A stretch of 54,763 nt of DNA, the filler included, from Sphacelaria rigidula (lineage: Eukaryota): NCBI GenBank assembly GCA_964200075.2. It is 5 parts of 5 records of this genome, joined end to end, with 100 filler letters (N's around TTAATTAATTAA, not from the genome) between each part and the next. Parts side by side here need not be neighbours in the genome. Positions count along the whole stretch, not along the records: positions 21,948 to 32,820 come from CAXNAA020005757.1; positions 32,921 to 43,792 come from CAXNAA020005758.1; 3 more parts are not named here. One strand, written 5' to 3'. The position numbers and the translations under genes were made by a program. Shown one piece after another: positions 26,813 to 39,355 of this stretch; the first letter of the stretch is position 1, and every line of letters begins with the position of its first letter. The notes below the pieces were generated by a model, which was not told the origin of the DNA, did not search any database, and saw only the letters and a list, made by a program, of their open reading frames with translations.

Positions 26813-27693
26813 GTGAGATAGAGTCAAACCAGGACACGTCTTTTACTATGAACGTTGCTTGCGGGTGCCCCGGAAGCGAGACCGACAGGAGGAGCGGTTC
26901 TCGGACCGTTCCCGGTGCTAGTTCCGGTGCCGGAACCAATGCTGGCGGCGACAGCGATGTACCCCGCGTGGCACACGCGAGAGGAGAGAGAGATGCGATG
27001 CGAGGCAGCGAGGCGAATCATGGTATCAATGGCGGGAGCGCTAGGGCTGGAATGAGGCAAACTTTGCGGGGGGCATCTCCTGCGGCTGCTGCTGATGCAG
27101 CAGCGAGCAGGCCGTCGTCATTGCCGCTGGTGGTGAAGAAGCGGAGCGACGCGTTTCCCCAGCGTCGACGTGATAGGAAGGCCCAAGCAGCAGCGTCAGC
27201 TCAGGCGGAAGAGGAAGGCCCGGGTGAACAGAAAGGGGAAACAGTGGAAGAATCTCGCATGGCGGTAAAATATGCAGTCCGAAGTCGACAAGAAGATGAA
27301 AACGAAGAGCATAAGCTGCAGCTGCAGCAGGAGCGAGTGGAGCGGCGAGTAGATGAGGAAGAGCAGAAGGCTTGGAGTGTTGGTTCGGCAACGGTGGATG
27401 TGTTAGTGGGTCTAGAGGGACGCGCTTCAGCCGCCGCACCCTCCGCCGGAAGCAGACAGCTGTCCGACGTAGCATCCGACAGCGATGTCAGTGTCGGCGA
27501 CTGCGACCTGGTGGCGTTGGATTCAGTGGCGATTACGTCTGACGATTTCTCGTTCGTCGAGGGCGTGTACTCGAAATCGTGCACCTTGGAAACGGCGTCC
27601 AAGGGGGAGCAGGGAAACGGCGACGGCCGGGCTAGTTGGTTTATGGTGGATGAAAACGGGCAGGTCACCAACGACATTTTTTACACGGCCGCG
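26813..27693 (+). CDS. Large exon of a hypothetical low-complexity protein
   Basis: Polypyrimidine ccag acceptor, gtgagt donor, 881 nt open and GC-rich; Ala/Glu/Ser-rich peptide ending ...WFMVDENGQVTNDIFYTAA. Confidence 0.7.
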
Positions 27694-27745
27694 GTGAGTT
27701 GGGGACCGCAGCAAGCGTGTGTCGGTTTGGTGGGGATGATAATTG

Positions 27746-29518
27746 CCAGGGCAGGTCGAGTAGAGTATGTACGTTTCAGTACCCGAGTAGAATACCCGAG
27801 TATTTACTCCACTCAAATTTTGGGTAGATTGAGAACGGCCTCAAATACTCCATCAAATTTTGAGCATATCGAGTACGACCTCCAATACTCTACTCAAATA
27901 TTGAGTAAGCACTCTCAGTAATATTTTAGTATAAAGTATCACATGGATATAACCTCAATACTCTACTCAAATTTTGGGGTGGATTGAGAACTGCCTCAAA
28001 TATTCTACTCAAAGTTTGAGTAGATCGAGTGCGACCTCCACTACTCTACTCGAACATTGAGTAAGCACTCTCAGTAATATTCGAGTATAGAGTATCACTT
28101 GGATATGACCTCAATACTCGACTCAAATCTTGAGTGGCTCGAGTACGGCCTCAAATACTCGACTCAAACTTTGGGTAGATCGAGTACGACCTCAAATACT
28201 CGACTCAAATTTCGAGTAAATCGAGTACGACCCCCAATATTCCACTTGAGTATTGAGTGAGCACTCTCAGTAATACTTGAGTGTAGAGTATCACTTGGGT
28301 ATGATGAGTAACCGTGACCGTCGGCAACTTCGTGCCGTCACTTCACAGACTATACTGAATATATGGGCGAACGATGGTCATCAATGAAATGGGTTGCGTT
28401 ACGTCACGAGCTACAATGAGTATGGCAGGTGAACGAACCTACCTGCCCCAGCTCACCTGCCCCGACCCATTACCGTATATGGTTGATACCTAGGGAGCGG
28501 AACGGTGGTGGCACGACATGAGGGTGAGGGGCGAGACACGAGCTGAGCTGGGTGGAGATGCGATCCAATCTCGTGGAAAGTTTTTTTGTGAAAAAAGAAC
28601 GTGTCTCGTTCGGAGTCTGGGTCAAATCAGGAGTGTAGTTGCACTCGTACCGGTCATTTGGATTCCGTCCTTTTTTGTCGGTGCTCGACAGATTGTGAAG
28701 TCTGGATTTTGTTCTATGGCGCTGTCATCATGTGCCGCATGACCCTTCCGTTATCAGCTGTTTAACCTTTTCCCTACTTGCAGGCGGGTGAAATACGTCA
28801 CACACTCGATGGCATGTCCGGATGCCGGGGTATGGGCTATACTGAAGACTTCGACGACCAATACTCCAATATGATTTTTACCCTTTCCAGTATCCCCGCC
28901 AGTCTATACGGAACAATCCGGACGCCCTTCGACAAATACCTTACATTCATTGTACAATTTGGTTCTGCTCCAAATGCTTTTTTGAATATACTGTATTTGA
29001 ATGTCTGCTGAAGTTTGATCAGCACTGATCATGGGTGGGCAACCCTTGGAACACGTCGGTATTTACTCTACCCGAGTTTGAGTATCTTGCGTACGAACTT
29101 GGATACTTAACTCAAAGTTATACCCAAGGTTTTTGGTACATCGGGTCCGGCCTCAGATACTCTACCCAAATTTCGGGGAGATTTGGTATGACCTCGAATA
29201 CTCTACTCGAATTCTGAGTAGGTTGAGTATGACCTCAAATACTCTACTCAAATTTTGGGTAGATTGAGTAAGACCTTAAATACTCCACTCAATTTCAGAG
29301 TAGATTGAGTACGACCCCCAATACTCGACTCAAATATTGAGTAAGCACTCTCAGCAATACCTGAGTATGGAGTATCACTTGGGTGTGACCTCAATAATCT
29401 ACTCAAATTTTGGGTAGATTGGGTACGATCTCAAATACTCTACTCAAAATTTGAGTACTAGAAGTATGACTCTTCGAGTAAAATAAGTATTGAGTATACT
29501 CTCCTCGACCTGCCCTTG
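27746..29518. mobile_element. hAT-like non-autonomous element with subterminal palindromic arrays
   Basis: Ends CCAGGGCAGGTCGAGTAGAGTAT / ATACTCTCCTCGACCTGCCCTTG. Flanks GATAATTG and GATAGTTG form an 8-bp TSD with 1 mismatch. ~41-bp repeats at ~27780-28300 and ~29060-29500. Confidence 0.8.
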
Positions 29519-29714
29519 GATAGTTGATGCACAGTACGCTTCGTATTTTTCTCTGCTTGTGGTCTCTGCTCTGTTGTTCATATTTTGAGTGAAGCCGAGG
29601 TAGTGATTCATACCCTGCCGAGTTCTGTTGGAGAAGGTCCCGAAGTACCCGAGAACCAGGCGACCACGACTGGATCCCTGGAGGGTCAGCTGAAATGCGA
29701 CAATCAATCAACCA

Positions 29715-31262
29715 CTCATTTTTCTCAGACACCGGTCAAGTCTTGGCCTTTGCTCTTTATGCGCGCATATAATATCGCATAAAACGGGGTTTTGCGCACA
29801 AGCATATGAGTTTTTTTTTTCAACATATGGTTTTGGAGATTTCAGCATAACAAAGGCATATAAGCGAAGTTTTACGCATAACTTGGCACATACTTCCTCT
29901 GTCCCATTAGTGAAGTCCGTTATGATCACACGGACTCTTCCCCGTGTGCAACGCCCTAGGCAATATTTTTTCCGAATCTTGAGGGTTTTTATAAGTTGAA
30001 TCACGTCTTTCTGTTTCTGTCTGCGCAGCAGCCAGCGTGCGCGAACGTCCGATCAACGATCAGTCGGCCCAAACATGGCCATATTTCGCCCCTTTTCCAA
30101 AACACATAAAAGAACCCTAGGAATCCGAAGAACGCGAAAAGCACAACTGGCTCTTTTTCTCCGGTTCATCGCTGGCATACGATAGCTACGCCTAGTCCGA
30201 AACCACCGGCTTACATTGCAGTCTTCAATTACTTCCAAACAAGCCAAATTCTGCGAAATTCGGCCGAAAATGTACAGATTGGACGGAATTGGGTCGAAAT
30301 TTGGCCATGTTTGACCCAACGGTCCTAAGGTTGTGTGTCGAGTATTTTGTTTTGATTTTTTCAGTGGCCATCTCCACAACTAAATAGTTTCAAGGAACCT
30401 AACCATAACATCATGAGCACCTTCGTTGGCGAGATGCGGCCCATGCTCCATAACGGACTTCAGGTATGGGACAGAGGGAGTATAGTACTCCAATAGGGTT
30501 ATGCACCCCATGTCCAGCAGCCAGTAGCTGCCCACGGGTGCTCCATGTGGCGTGGTTCGTGGAGTCGAGGGGTTTGTGTTCGTAATTTCTTTTTTCAAAC
30601 TTTGTTGCGGGTCTGATATCGGTTATGGTGTTGTATATCTTATGTTCAAGTTAAACTGGTGAAAAAAAATGTATAATATTTCACATCAAACAGCGGCTCC
30701 CGCCACAACGTCACACATCGAACAGTCCAATCGACAACTGTACAGCGTACAGTGCACAGTGTACAGTGCACCGAGAGTACAGCAATGAGCTCTGTACTAC
30801 TATGGCAGAGCAGAAAGAGGTTGGGGTGACCGAGGTGCGGAATTCCGCGCCCCAACAGCGCGACGCGAAGGCGACCGCTGAGGAGCAGAGGGCGAGAGAA
30901 AAAGCGCAGACATTTTTTTCAATTATTTTTTTTATTATGGTCTTTTTCTAAACCAATGAACGGAGAAAATCTCGAAATGTTCATCGTGCCGTCTTGCTTT
31001 CTTGCTGGAAGGTACGTTCCGTGGGCGGTGCCGCCAGGAACCCGCCAGGAACCGCCTCGAAACAAAACGCGAAAAACGCGCATAAGTCGCGTATATTTCA
31101 CCGAAATACGCATAAATCGGTGCATATTGTTCACTTTTGAACATGAAAAATATGTAAAAACGCGCAATTGAAAAAAAATGCGCATAAAGAGCAAAAGCCT
31201 AGTAAAGTCCAGATTTTTTTCAGAGATTTGTCTGGACTTGACCGGTCTCCGAGAAAATTGAG
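29715..31262. mobile_element. Non-autonomous TIR DNA transposon, ~1.55 kb, superfamily unclear
   Basis: CTCATTTTTCTCAGACACCGGTCAAGTC versus GACTTGACCGGTCTCCGAGAAAATTGAG; inner inverted pair GGCCTTTGCTCTTTATGCGC / GCGCATAAAGAGCAAAAGCC. No clear TSD. Confidence 0.7.
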
Positions 31263-31856
31263 CGTTCTCCAAGAAAAATGCAACGTTGGCCAAGTAAAAC
31301 CGCGACCCTCGGGAAAACGCACAGGTGTGCGGGGACCATCTCAACGAGTACAGCAAAGCATTCTAAGCTGTCGAAATCCGCCCAACTCTCTTGTAGGGCT
31401 TAAGACGACTGAAAAGCTTCAAAAAGGCATTTTCCCAGTTTTTCTTTTATTCATGTCTGCTACAAGGAGCAGCCCAAGGAGTACTGCAGGAGTTAATGTT
31501 CACCCAATATTTGGCAACCCCGACTTTTTTAAAATAAGAAAGCGGTTTGTTTGCGTCGGTACCGACCGTACGACTGACTGACTTCCAGTACCTGTTGACG
31601 TCGAAAAGTGGAAGAAAGGTTATGCTGTACAGTCGTTCGTCGTGCCTACACACGACCACAAATGACAGAGTAAATAAACTAGAAAATTCAACCCAATTAA
31701 GCGGTTTCAGGTTGACCCACATGTTGTGTTACCCGCAGTACACAGTACGGCGAGAACGTTCGACGGATGGTTGTGTGAGCAATCACGCCGTACCGTACGG
31801 AACAGCCTAACGGTATGTCTTCACTCAAGAACAACAGTAGGTCAGAACGAAATTGT

Positions 31857-32103
31857 CCAAGGTTGTGTTCTGTAGGGGTACCGGTATGGAGGTTATACAA
31901 AAACCGTTAGCCGCAACCGGGTATTTCTACAAGGGTATACCCGTACCACGATCAAGGGTTATCATTTCGTACAGACCTTACAAAAAATGTCGGGTAACAA
32001 TATGCGCTTACAGAACTCACATAGCTGTCGGGTACGGGTGACACCCGGGTGAATACCCCGGGTATACAAAAAAAACGTATCCGATAGGTACAGACAACCT
32101 TGG
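31857..32103. mobile_element. Small MITE-like element
   Basis: CCAAGGTTGT ... ACAACCTTGG termini with internal GGGTA/TACCC motifs. Confidence 0.5.
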
Positions 32104-32820
32104 AAAGTATCTATCGATTGAGCAGGCTCGAGTTGCCCCCAAACATCCTACAAACATCTCATCACATGAGTTGACCTAAGGTTCCCTTTTCAAGAAGTGA
32201 CCCAAAGATCTCTTTACATTAACTTGACCCAAAGACCTATCTGCATATCGCCATGTTGTCACCGCAAAATTAACGGGAGCACCGCCGTCTTCACCCACAC
32301 GAAACCCGGTAGTAACTGTTTGACTGCGAGTCGTGTTACGATCTTTCAACTCAAGAACATTTGTTTACGCGAGAATCCAGGCGCGTGCAGTTACAACAAG
32401 GTTTGTTGCCGCCATCGATGCCCTCAGATGGATCACGGCCTTGAAAAAAACACATGAATGCATTTCACAGCGCTTTGTATCTAGTGATGGTGACGTTTTA
32501 TGGGCAGCTCAATTTGGCTACGGTAATGGAAGAGGAAGGCTTCAGGATGTGTAACCGGTCTCTTTACTCCACCCGATGCTTTTCGGCGCCCGATTGATTT
32601 GATTATCTCATTTGCAGATCGGTACGTGGTCTGTGAGGAATGTAGCGATTGGCGTCGCATGCACGTCCACCAGCGACAGCGACGATCCCACCTCCATCGA
32701 CGTGGCGATGTGGGAATGTGAGTATTCGACTAATGAAACGGTAGAGAGGGGGGCGTACTCATTTGTTGCTTGCCTTAGTCGTTTGACCATTGACCACGTA
32801 TCCCTTTCGAGACGGAGCAC

Positions 32821-32920
32821 NNNNNNNNNNNNNNNNNNNNNNNNNNNNNNNNNNNNNNNNNNNNTTAATTAATTAANNNNNNNNNNNNNNNNNNNNNNNN
32901 NNNNNNNNNNNNNNNNNNNN
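32821..32920. other. Artificial contig linker
   Basis: Same N44-TTAATTAATTAA-N44 structure. Confidence 0.98.
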
Positions 32921-33018
32921 GCGAAAGTGCCGCAAACGAGCCCAATAGTGGGATCGCAGTCGGTTTGTCGGACGGTCTCCGGCGCACTTTTTGTGGGGGG
33001 GCTATCTCGGCATTAGTC
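32921..33018 (+). mobile_element. Right end of a second copy of the 12271-12519 MITE, truncated by the contig edge
   Basis: GCAAACGAGCCCAATAGTGGGATCGCAG...GGGGGGCTATCTCGGCATTAGTC matches ~12421-12519. Confidence 0.88.
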
Positions 33019-33059
33019 GCACAGACCTGCAAATGTAAGAACTTCAGTTGTGACCGGCG

Positions 33060-36000
33060 ATGATGAGTGACCGTATGCTGAAACTAGGCTCCAACCCCAC
33101 GCCCGAGAGTTGAGGCTGTTTCCAGCAGCCTCTCTGACCTCTCCCGCAATGCCACACGGTAGCGATGTATTCGTCTGGAGATGGATACCCGACTTGCCAC
33201 CGAGATAACTTGCTTTCTGCGTTCGAGAGCATATGTCTGGGGTAGCCCCACCCTATCTCGGTCCGCCACCGCGCCGGTAGCTGCTTGATCGCGTAGATCC
33301 TCCCCGGTGTCTCTAGTATGTCCAAGGCTTCCCATTGCATGGTTTGCCAGTTTGAAGCTACGCTGGTTGGGGAGTAAGCACCCTTGACTTTTGTCACGTG
33401 TTCTTTTGCGCATCTCGAAGGTTTTCTGCTGCGGAGTCGTTGATGGTAGCGTGTATCATATCGATCAGGAGAGCTTTATCCCGGTAGTCACGGTTGGAGG
33501 AATCTCTACGTCCCCCCGCGGGGACGATCATGTTCATACGGCAACCCCTGCTTGCCGTGCAGGCGTCTTCGCCTCCCATCGTCCTCTTCATTCCCAGCGG
33601 CTTGAAAAGCGCCCGGAGTGCGTGGACAAGTTGCTGGGGTTGGTCCACCTGGACTCCCGCTTCGTGATAAATGGGCGCGTGGTGGGTGTTGACGGCCATC
33701 ACCCTGGATAATGGACAAGTTATCGCTAGATACGGTTCGGTTCTGAGGGGTGTCCGTTCCACAAGCACGATATACAGTGACGCGATGGCCCCGTTCGCTT
33801 CCTAAACAAAATAGAAACTGTGTAGTCCTTCCCGACATGACACCTTGGTGATTTCCGGAACTACCTGCCCCTCGCAAGCCTCATTTTTCACATGTCAAAA
33901 TTTCCTCCACAACCGATCACGTCGTGACTCGAACCGCACATCTTTAGCTCAGGAAGCGAACAGTTTACCCATCGAACCTTGCGAGGAGCTAGGAGCCCCA
34001 AAAATCACCGAGGTGTCATGCCGGGACGGGCCGCACAGCATATTTTTTGTCCCAGAAGCGAACAATTCACCCATCGAACCAGTAAGCGCTCACTACTTCG
34101 ATGGGTAAACCGTTCGCTTCCTGAGCAGGCCCTGGCGGCGTCATATGGTCGCGCTCTCTGCGCCACCAGCGCCTCATTCTCCGACATGCTCCGGTATTGA
34201 GATTTCGCCTACGAAGCCGTTGCTCCTCCACCAAAAGGGTCGGCTGAGTCAGGTGGCCGGTCAGCTGCAGGCGTGTTGCCCAGCTGTGAAAGCAGGATTG
34301 CAGGTCTGACCTCGTGAACAAGGTGGCCTGCCTTTCCCTCTGTCGGTTGCGGGGATTCGCACTGGGTGCCGTATCGTGTCCTGCGAGTAAGTCTATGTTT
34401 GGTGCTGGGAGCGTTCCGTCGGTATCTGTCTCCTGTGGGCCCACGCAATCAGTCCTGGCAGCAGCACCGCCGCTTGTTATTCAACGCTGACCCGACCTAG
34501 ATCGGCGCGTGCCCGAAGGTTCCTTCCTAGCGAGTGTATCATTGGGGTGTGGGGGAGATTTACCTTTATCCACCCCCCGAGTGGGTCTGCCGAAACTACG
34601 ATCAGCGATAGCGAGCCACGAAATCTACCCGTCTTCGCAGACCTGGGCTTGTTCACGGTAGGGCAAGGCCTATTCCCCGGAACTGGAGGGTATCGCGATC
34701 CAAAGTCATAGGGGAAACGTTGCATGCATTTCGACGGGCAGCTGGCGACTAATTCGTCCGCGGTTGGCAATATCCATACGCTCACCATGGCTGGCCCCCG
34801 TGCGGGCCAGCTCCCATAGGTCCGTGTCCATCACACGTTGCAATAAACAGATTTTTAGGCAAGCTCCCGACTTCGTGGTGATGAGTAAAGCCACGCTTCA
34901 GCTGAGCATTCGCGCTATTTGGCGAGCCAGATCATCCACCCCCTTCCCCGTGACGACTGCCACTGCGTGTTGCTGGACGAGCTTGTCAGACCCTGTCGGT
35001 GTGCCCACTACCACCGCCACCCCCGTTCCTCCGCCACACTCAGGCCCAACACCGCCAACACCGCTACTTCCTGCTCCGTAGGGATGTGGTTCGGCGGGGA
35101 TCTCAGTTTTACTGATGTCTACAACGATGTGAACTAGCCCCTCTATGAGGTAGGGCATCGTCTCCAGCGTGTGGGCCGTGAGACCGCGAATTGCCATGCG
35201 TGAGTTCTTGAGATACGCCAGCACCTCTGCCTCTAGTGCTCCGGACTGGGTCTGAAAGTATCGTAGGGTCAGTCCCACTGGAAGGCAGAAGACGGCGAGT
35301 CCCCGTTCGCCGCCTTGGTGGATTCCCGTGCTGGGGGAGGTACTTCGTTGTTCTCCGTTTTTGTCTGGAAGGTGATGCCCGCCAGTGCTTTCCGTGGCGA
35401 TTGACCGCGGACGACGTCGACCTCGGGACGCGGGTGGATTTCGGAACGGCTAGTGCAGTCAAGGGCTATCAGACAGCATCCCACCTAGGTATCCACTTGC
35501 GCGCACAGATCAATAATATCTGGCGTACCGGACACCGCAACACCGACTTAATCGGTCTGACAACTTCCTCTCTGGTGGCACCGGTTTGTACTCTCTCATC
35601 GCCCCCGCCGCCAAACTGCGTCGCTTTCGCAAATCTCTCGCGATTTAGACAGGACTACTCTCCGAGCACGGTCTACTCGCCGAGCGCGGTGAGGCTACTC
35701 TGCAGAAACAGCGCTCGGAATTCCGGCGTGAGGGTATCAGGTTTCGCCATGGGGGGCCACCACAGAGCACCAATGACAACGGACCGAAGGTCTCCTTGCC
35801 CGCCGTGATGTGGAGAATACGATACAGGTGTGCGAAGCGTAGCCCGGCGTTCCCGGCCGCGAATAGCGCGTTCCGCTGTTTGATGCCTGCGATGAGCGTG
35901 CCAGGATCGAACCCAACGCCTGCCCGTCTGCAGCGGCCCGTCTTATGTTCACCGCTACAGCCGCTGCCACCTCCGCTTCCGTTTCATTTGCCTCCCAGAG

Positions 36001-36190
36001 CTTCTCGTTGACTCTCTTGAATGTGCCCACATTTGCCGACGCGAGTTCTTCCGATTGTAATGCTCGAACCACCTTGTTGATGCTGCCTTTATGGCAGCAG
36101 GCAGCCGCCGCCTTCCGGTAGCGATCATCCAACGACGCGCTGCCCGCTGTCGGCCGCGCGCGGGCCCCCGCTTGCTCTCTGTAGCCCATT
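33060..36190 (-). mobile_element. Decayed CRE-like non-LTR retrotransposon (RT plus restriction-like endonuclease)
   Basis: Collinear frameshifted motifs on the minus strand: NKVVRALQSEELASAN..TF; SAFQWD/GLTLRYFQ (SAPGPDG-like); ADPLGG (QGDPLG-like); RMNMIVPAG...DKALLIDM (RLE RxD...D motif); SFKLANHAMGSLG...QVISVASRVSISRRIHRY (CRE-type C-terminus). Confidence 0.75.
33785..34130. repeat. tRNA-like/inverted-repeat composite inserted in the CRE remnant
   Basis: ~95-bp inverted arms 33785-33878 and 33978-34075; four copies of GTTCGCTTC(C)T in alternating orientation; minus-strand GGTTCGAGTC B-box near 33925-33936. Confidence 0.55.
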
Positions 36191-36691
36191 AGCTACGGGA
36201 GCACAGAGCTGATATCTTTTCTATTCACTGCAAGGGAGCGGTCTTTCCCGGAAACCGTTCGTCCGTCGACAGGGGTGGAACTGACAGTATATGGTTCAGA
36301 ATCACATTGCATAGTAGCTCGATTGGTGTATGGGTTACCGGCGGCCGGTGCTGGCCGACCTCACAGACGAGGCAGACCACCCAATGGAGGAAGAGTTATG
36401 CCAATAGGTGCTGGAGAGCGCGCTTCACCTCCACCACTGTCTCGAACCGCAGTATGCGTACGCACGTACTTTCACCACAAATATGTATATCATCTGTCGT
36501 TCCTTACCCATCTCCTGTCGCGCATTTTTGTTGACATGCACATGCACTCATGCGTTCTCCTCTTTCCCCAAGAGTCAAAACTTCCTACAAGCTCAACATT
36601 GTAAAACTACTCACCTAGATAAACAACAATTCAAGGCGAAACTTCAGACACCAAACGATATCCACTTCCCCCCCGCCCCTCCCGATGAACC

Positions 36692-37192
36692 ATGATGCAA
36701 CAGGGGAAGGACGGACAAGGACAAGGACAAGAAGCAAAGAGGCAGAAGAAGCCACAAACAAAAGGTGGTGGTTGCTGTCTGCCCTCTTACCTAGACCTAC
36801 TCCACTTACCTGTACCACCGCCGTATAGCAACCTAAACCCCGCCAAGAACAACAACAACAAAGACCACGACGACGACCACTACGCATTACACTTCGACCC
36901 GGATAGATTTCGCCCCGCACTAGCCCACGAACAGGCACGAGTTTGGCCGAGCAAGAGCGCGTACCGCTGCCCCTCTCTCATATCTGCTGCTCAACACTGC
37001 GGTATTGACGCCAGCACAGGTCCAGGGAGATCCGTTAGTGACTCTTCCCTGAACACTCTTGGGAATGTTCTTGGGAACGTGAAGAGGAAGTCAGCAACCG
37101 ACAGACTTTCTCGTCGGATCGTTCTCGGGAGTGTTCAGGGAGTTCCAGATATCAGCGGGGATCAGAATATTCTTGGGAACGGCAATAGCAGT

Positions 37193-37223
<31 letters not shown>

Positions 37224-37600
37224 ACCGTTTGGGCGGGATCGGGGGAAGTTCTGTGGAACTAGTTCCACGTTTTGCCAGGATGGCGGTAGATGATGATGGT
37301 GGCGACGTCGGTGACGTTGGTGTTGGGTGTGGCGATGTGGAGGAGGGGGCGCGAGCGAGTGGGGGGTATGGAGGTGTTGCTTGTAAGCCGATTGAGAAGC
37401 CAGGCGACACCTATGGTTTGGATAATGACAATGATAATGGCGATGGTGGGGTAGGCACTGGTGAGGAGGATGCGATAGATGTCGGTGGTGGCGAAACCGA
37501 AGAAGCCGTATGGCAAGACTTACGTGAGACCCGACGGCAGCAGCAGCAGCAGCAGCAGCATGTCAATGAAAATCCGGTGGTGCATGACCCCCCTTCAGAG
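36692..37600 (+). CDS. Large exon of a hypothetical protein with poly-N/poly-Q tracts
   Basis: 909-nt open frame from ATG to a GAG|gtgaga donor; (AAC)n and (CAG)n coding runs; no recognisable domain. Confidence 0.6.
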
Positions 37601-39063
37601 GTGAGAAAGTATCATATACTGCAGAAATAGAGTGAATGTCATTCATTTACCATCTATACATGCGTGGTGACCAACTACATTCGTACGATCCAATTTTCGG
37701 CATTTCATCAATCGGCAGCCATCACAGGATAAAATTCAGTGTAGAGGTATACCTCGTTGCGGATACTACCCAATGAACGGGAAATTTCCACAAGTAAGGG
37801 CTTGTCGAAAACCTCACTGCCTTCTGACATTGGCAACACCAAGAGATCGCTCTAGTTGCTTTGTGACGACAAGATTCCGGAGGTTTGAACCCCGACCCAA
37901 TCACCGCGATGAATAGTAGATCTGTAAAGCTGAGCGGGCAACAAAAAGTCGTTGAAAATGTGAGGGTGAGCTAGCAGAGTTCACAAAGTCGCGTCCAAAA
38001 CTTTCCACGGAGATGGTCAACTGTTGGCCCGTGTACAAGACACACGTAAAATTTATGTAAAAATGTACAATAATATCCTCACTAGCTCTTTTTCACATGA
38101 TCGCCGGCGAAGAGTATTACCTCGGCGAACTTCTTCTCGCGACGAAATCGCACGAAAATGCGTATAAATATCGGGGGGGGAGGGAGGGAGGGGAGGGGGT
38201 GATGTGGATACTAACCCAGAAAAAGGAAACTTGAACAGGGTTTCACCGGGGGCTCATGATACTTTCACCTTTTTACATCGCAGAAAATCTAAACTGAGCG
38301 ATGGAACTGGGGGAGAAGGGGAGCGGTGCGTTCTGCACAGTGTGACCTCTGTCTCCAAATTCAAATTTCACAGACAACTAACGAAACGACTTCGAATTGT
38401 ACCCGTCTGGCCAGCATAAACGAAAGCTAGCCCAAGATACACCAGAAACGGGTCTACTGATACTTTCTCTACCATTCATCTACCGCAGCAAGTTACCAGA
38501 GGAAACCGCGGGTCAGAACAGTTTATGCCTGTCACAATACCTAGAACGCCCCCTCCCTCCATCCTCCCCTCAGCTGCATCGTCTCGAGCTGTTTGTAGTT
38601 TAGTGTAATTATCGCAAAACTCGTCCGCAAGGGATGTGAGCAAAAATGACTAATAGGCTTTTTGTCTCTAAAGTTGATCAATACCACTGTCTTTTATCGA
38701 GCTTATCGAAAAGCCTCACCCCGTCCTCCGGCTCCCGTGCGCGCACGTAGCCGTCCGGGCGCGTGAAACACTTGCTTGACTTTGGTCGTGATGCTGCGTC
38801 ATGCACAGCATTTACATAAAACCGGCCACCTTTCGTAAAAGCCCGATACGATTAGGCGATGAATCGGCAGTGAATCCTGCGGGCTTGACGCCGCAATTCT
38901 GGTGTCTCTTCTTCTGTAAGTCGTTGAGACCCATTGTAGAGCCAATAGCAGTGACAGCAGTAGTCGAGTCGAATGCATTCCATGTAGTACGAATATATGT
39001 ACGTAGGTAAGCATGTATGTACATGTATTGTGTGTTGCGTATGTTTTGTTTTTTTTCCCTCAC

Positions 39064-39355
39064 ACTTAGAACCCCTCCCCTTCCTCGGGATGAGTCCGTG
39101 CTCTCAAGGGGTCTTCCATCTCTCCCCCGGAACGTGCCACTAATTTTGGTCTCGCGGATTGGGTCAGCACTCCCGCAGCGCGTCAACTCGTGTCACACGA
39201 ACCCAGTCGACTACTTTGTTTACTCACGTTCTCACGCTTTCCACGGTGGGAATCGCACATGACGAAGAAAAAACCTAACGCATCGGGAATCGAACACCCG
39301 CTCTCTCCACCCCAAAGGTCACAGTCTGACCATTACACCACCGGGGCGCTGCGGC
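39064..39355 (-). mobile_element. tRNA-derived SINE family S1
   Basis: Minus strand GCCGCAGCGCCCCGGTGGTGTAATGGTCAG (A box) ... GTTCGATTCCCG (B box), followed by a body matching 52201-52497. Confidence 0.8.

Noticed and set aside
27694..27921. C-terminal part of the 403-aa ORF 26710-27921
   Set aside because: Read-through past a gtgagt donor into the transposon; the first ~34 codons likewise lie upstream of the acceptor.
27780..29500. CRISPR-like array of palindromic repeats
   Set aside because: Units are contiguous with no unique spacers, there are no cas genes, the context is eukaryotic, and the arrays lie inside TIRs with a TSD.
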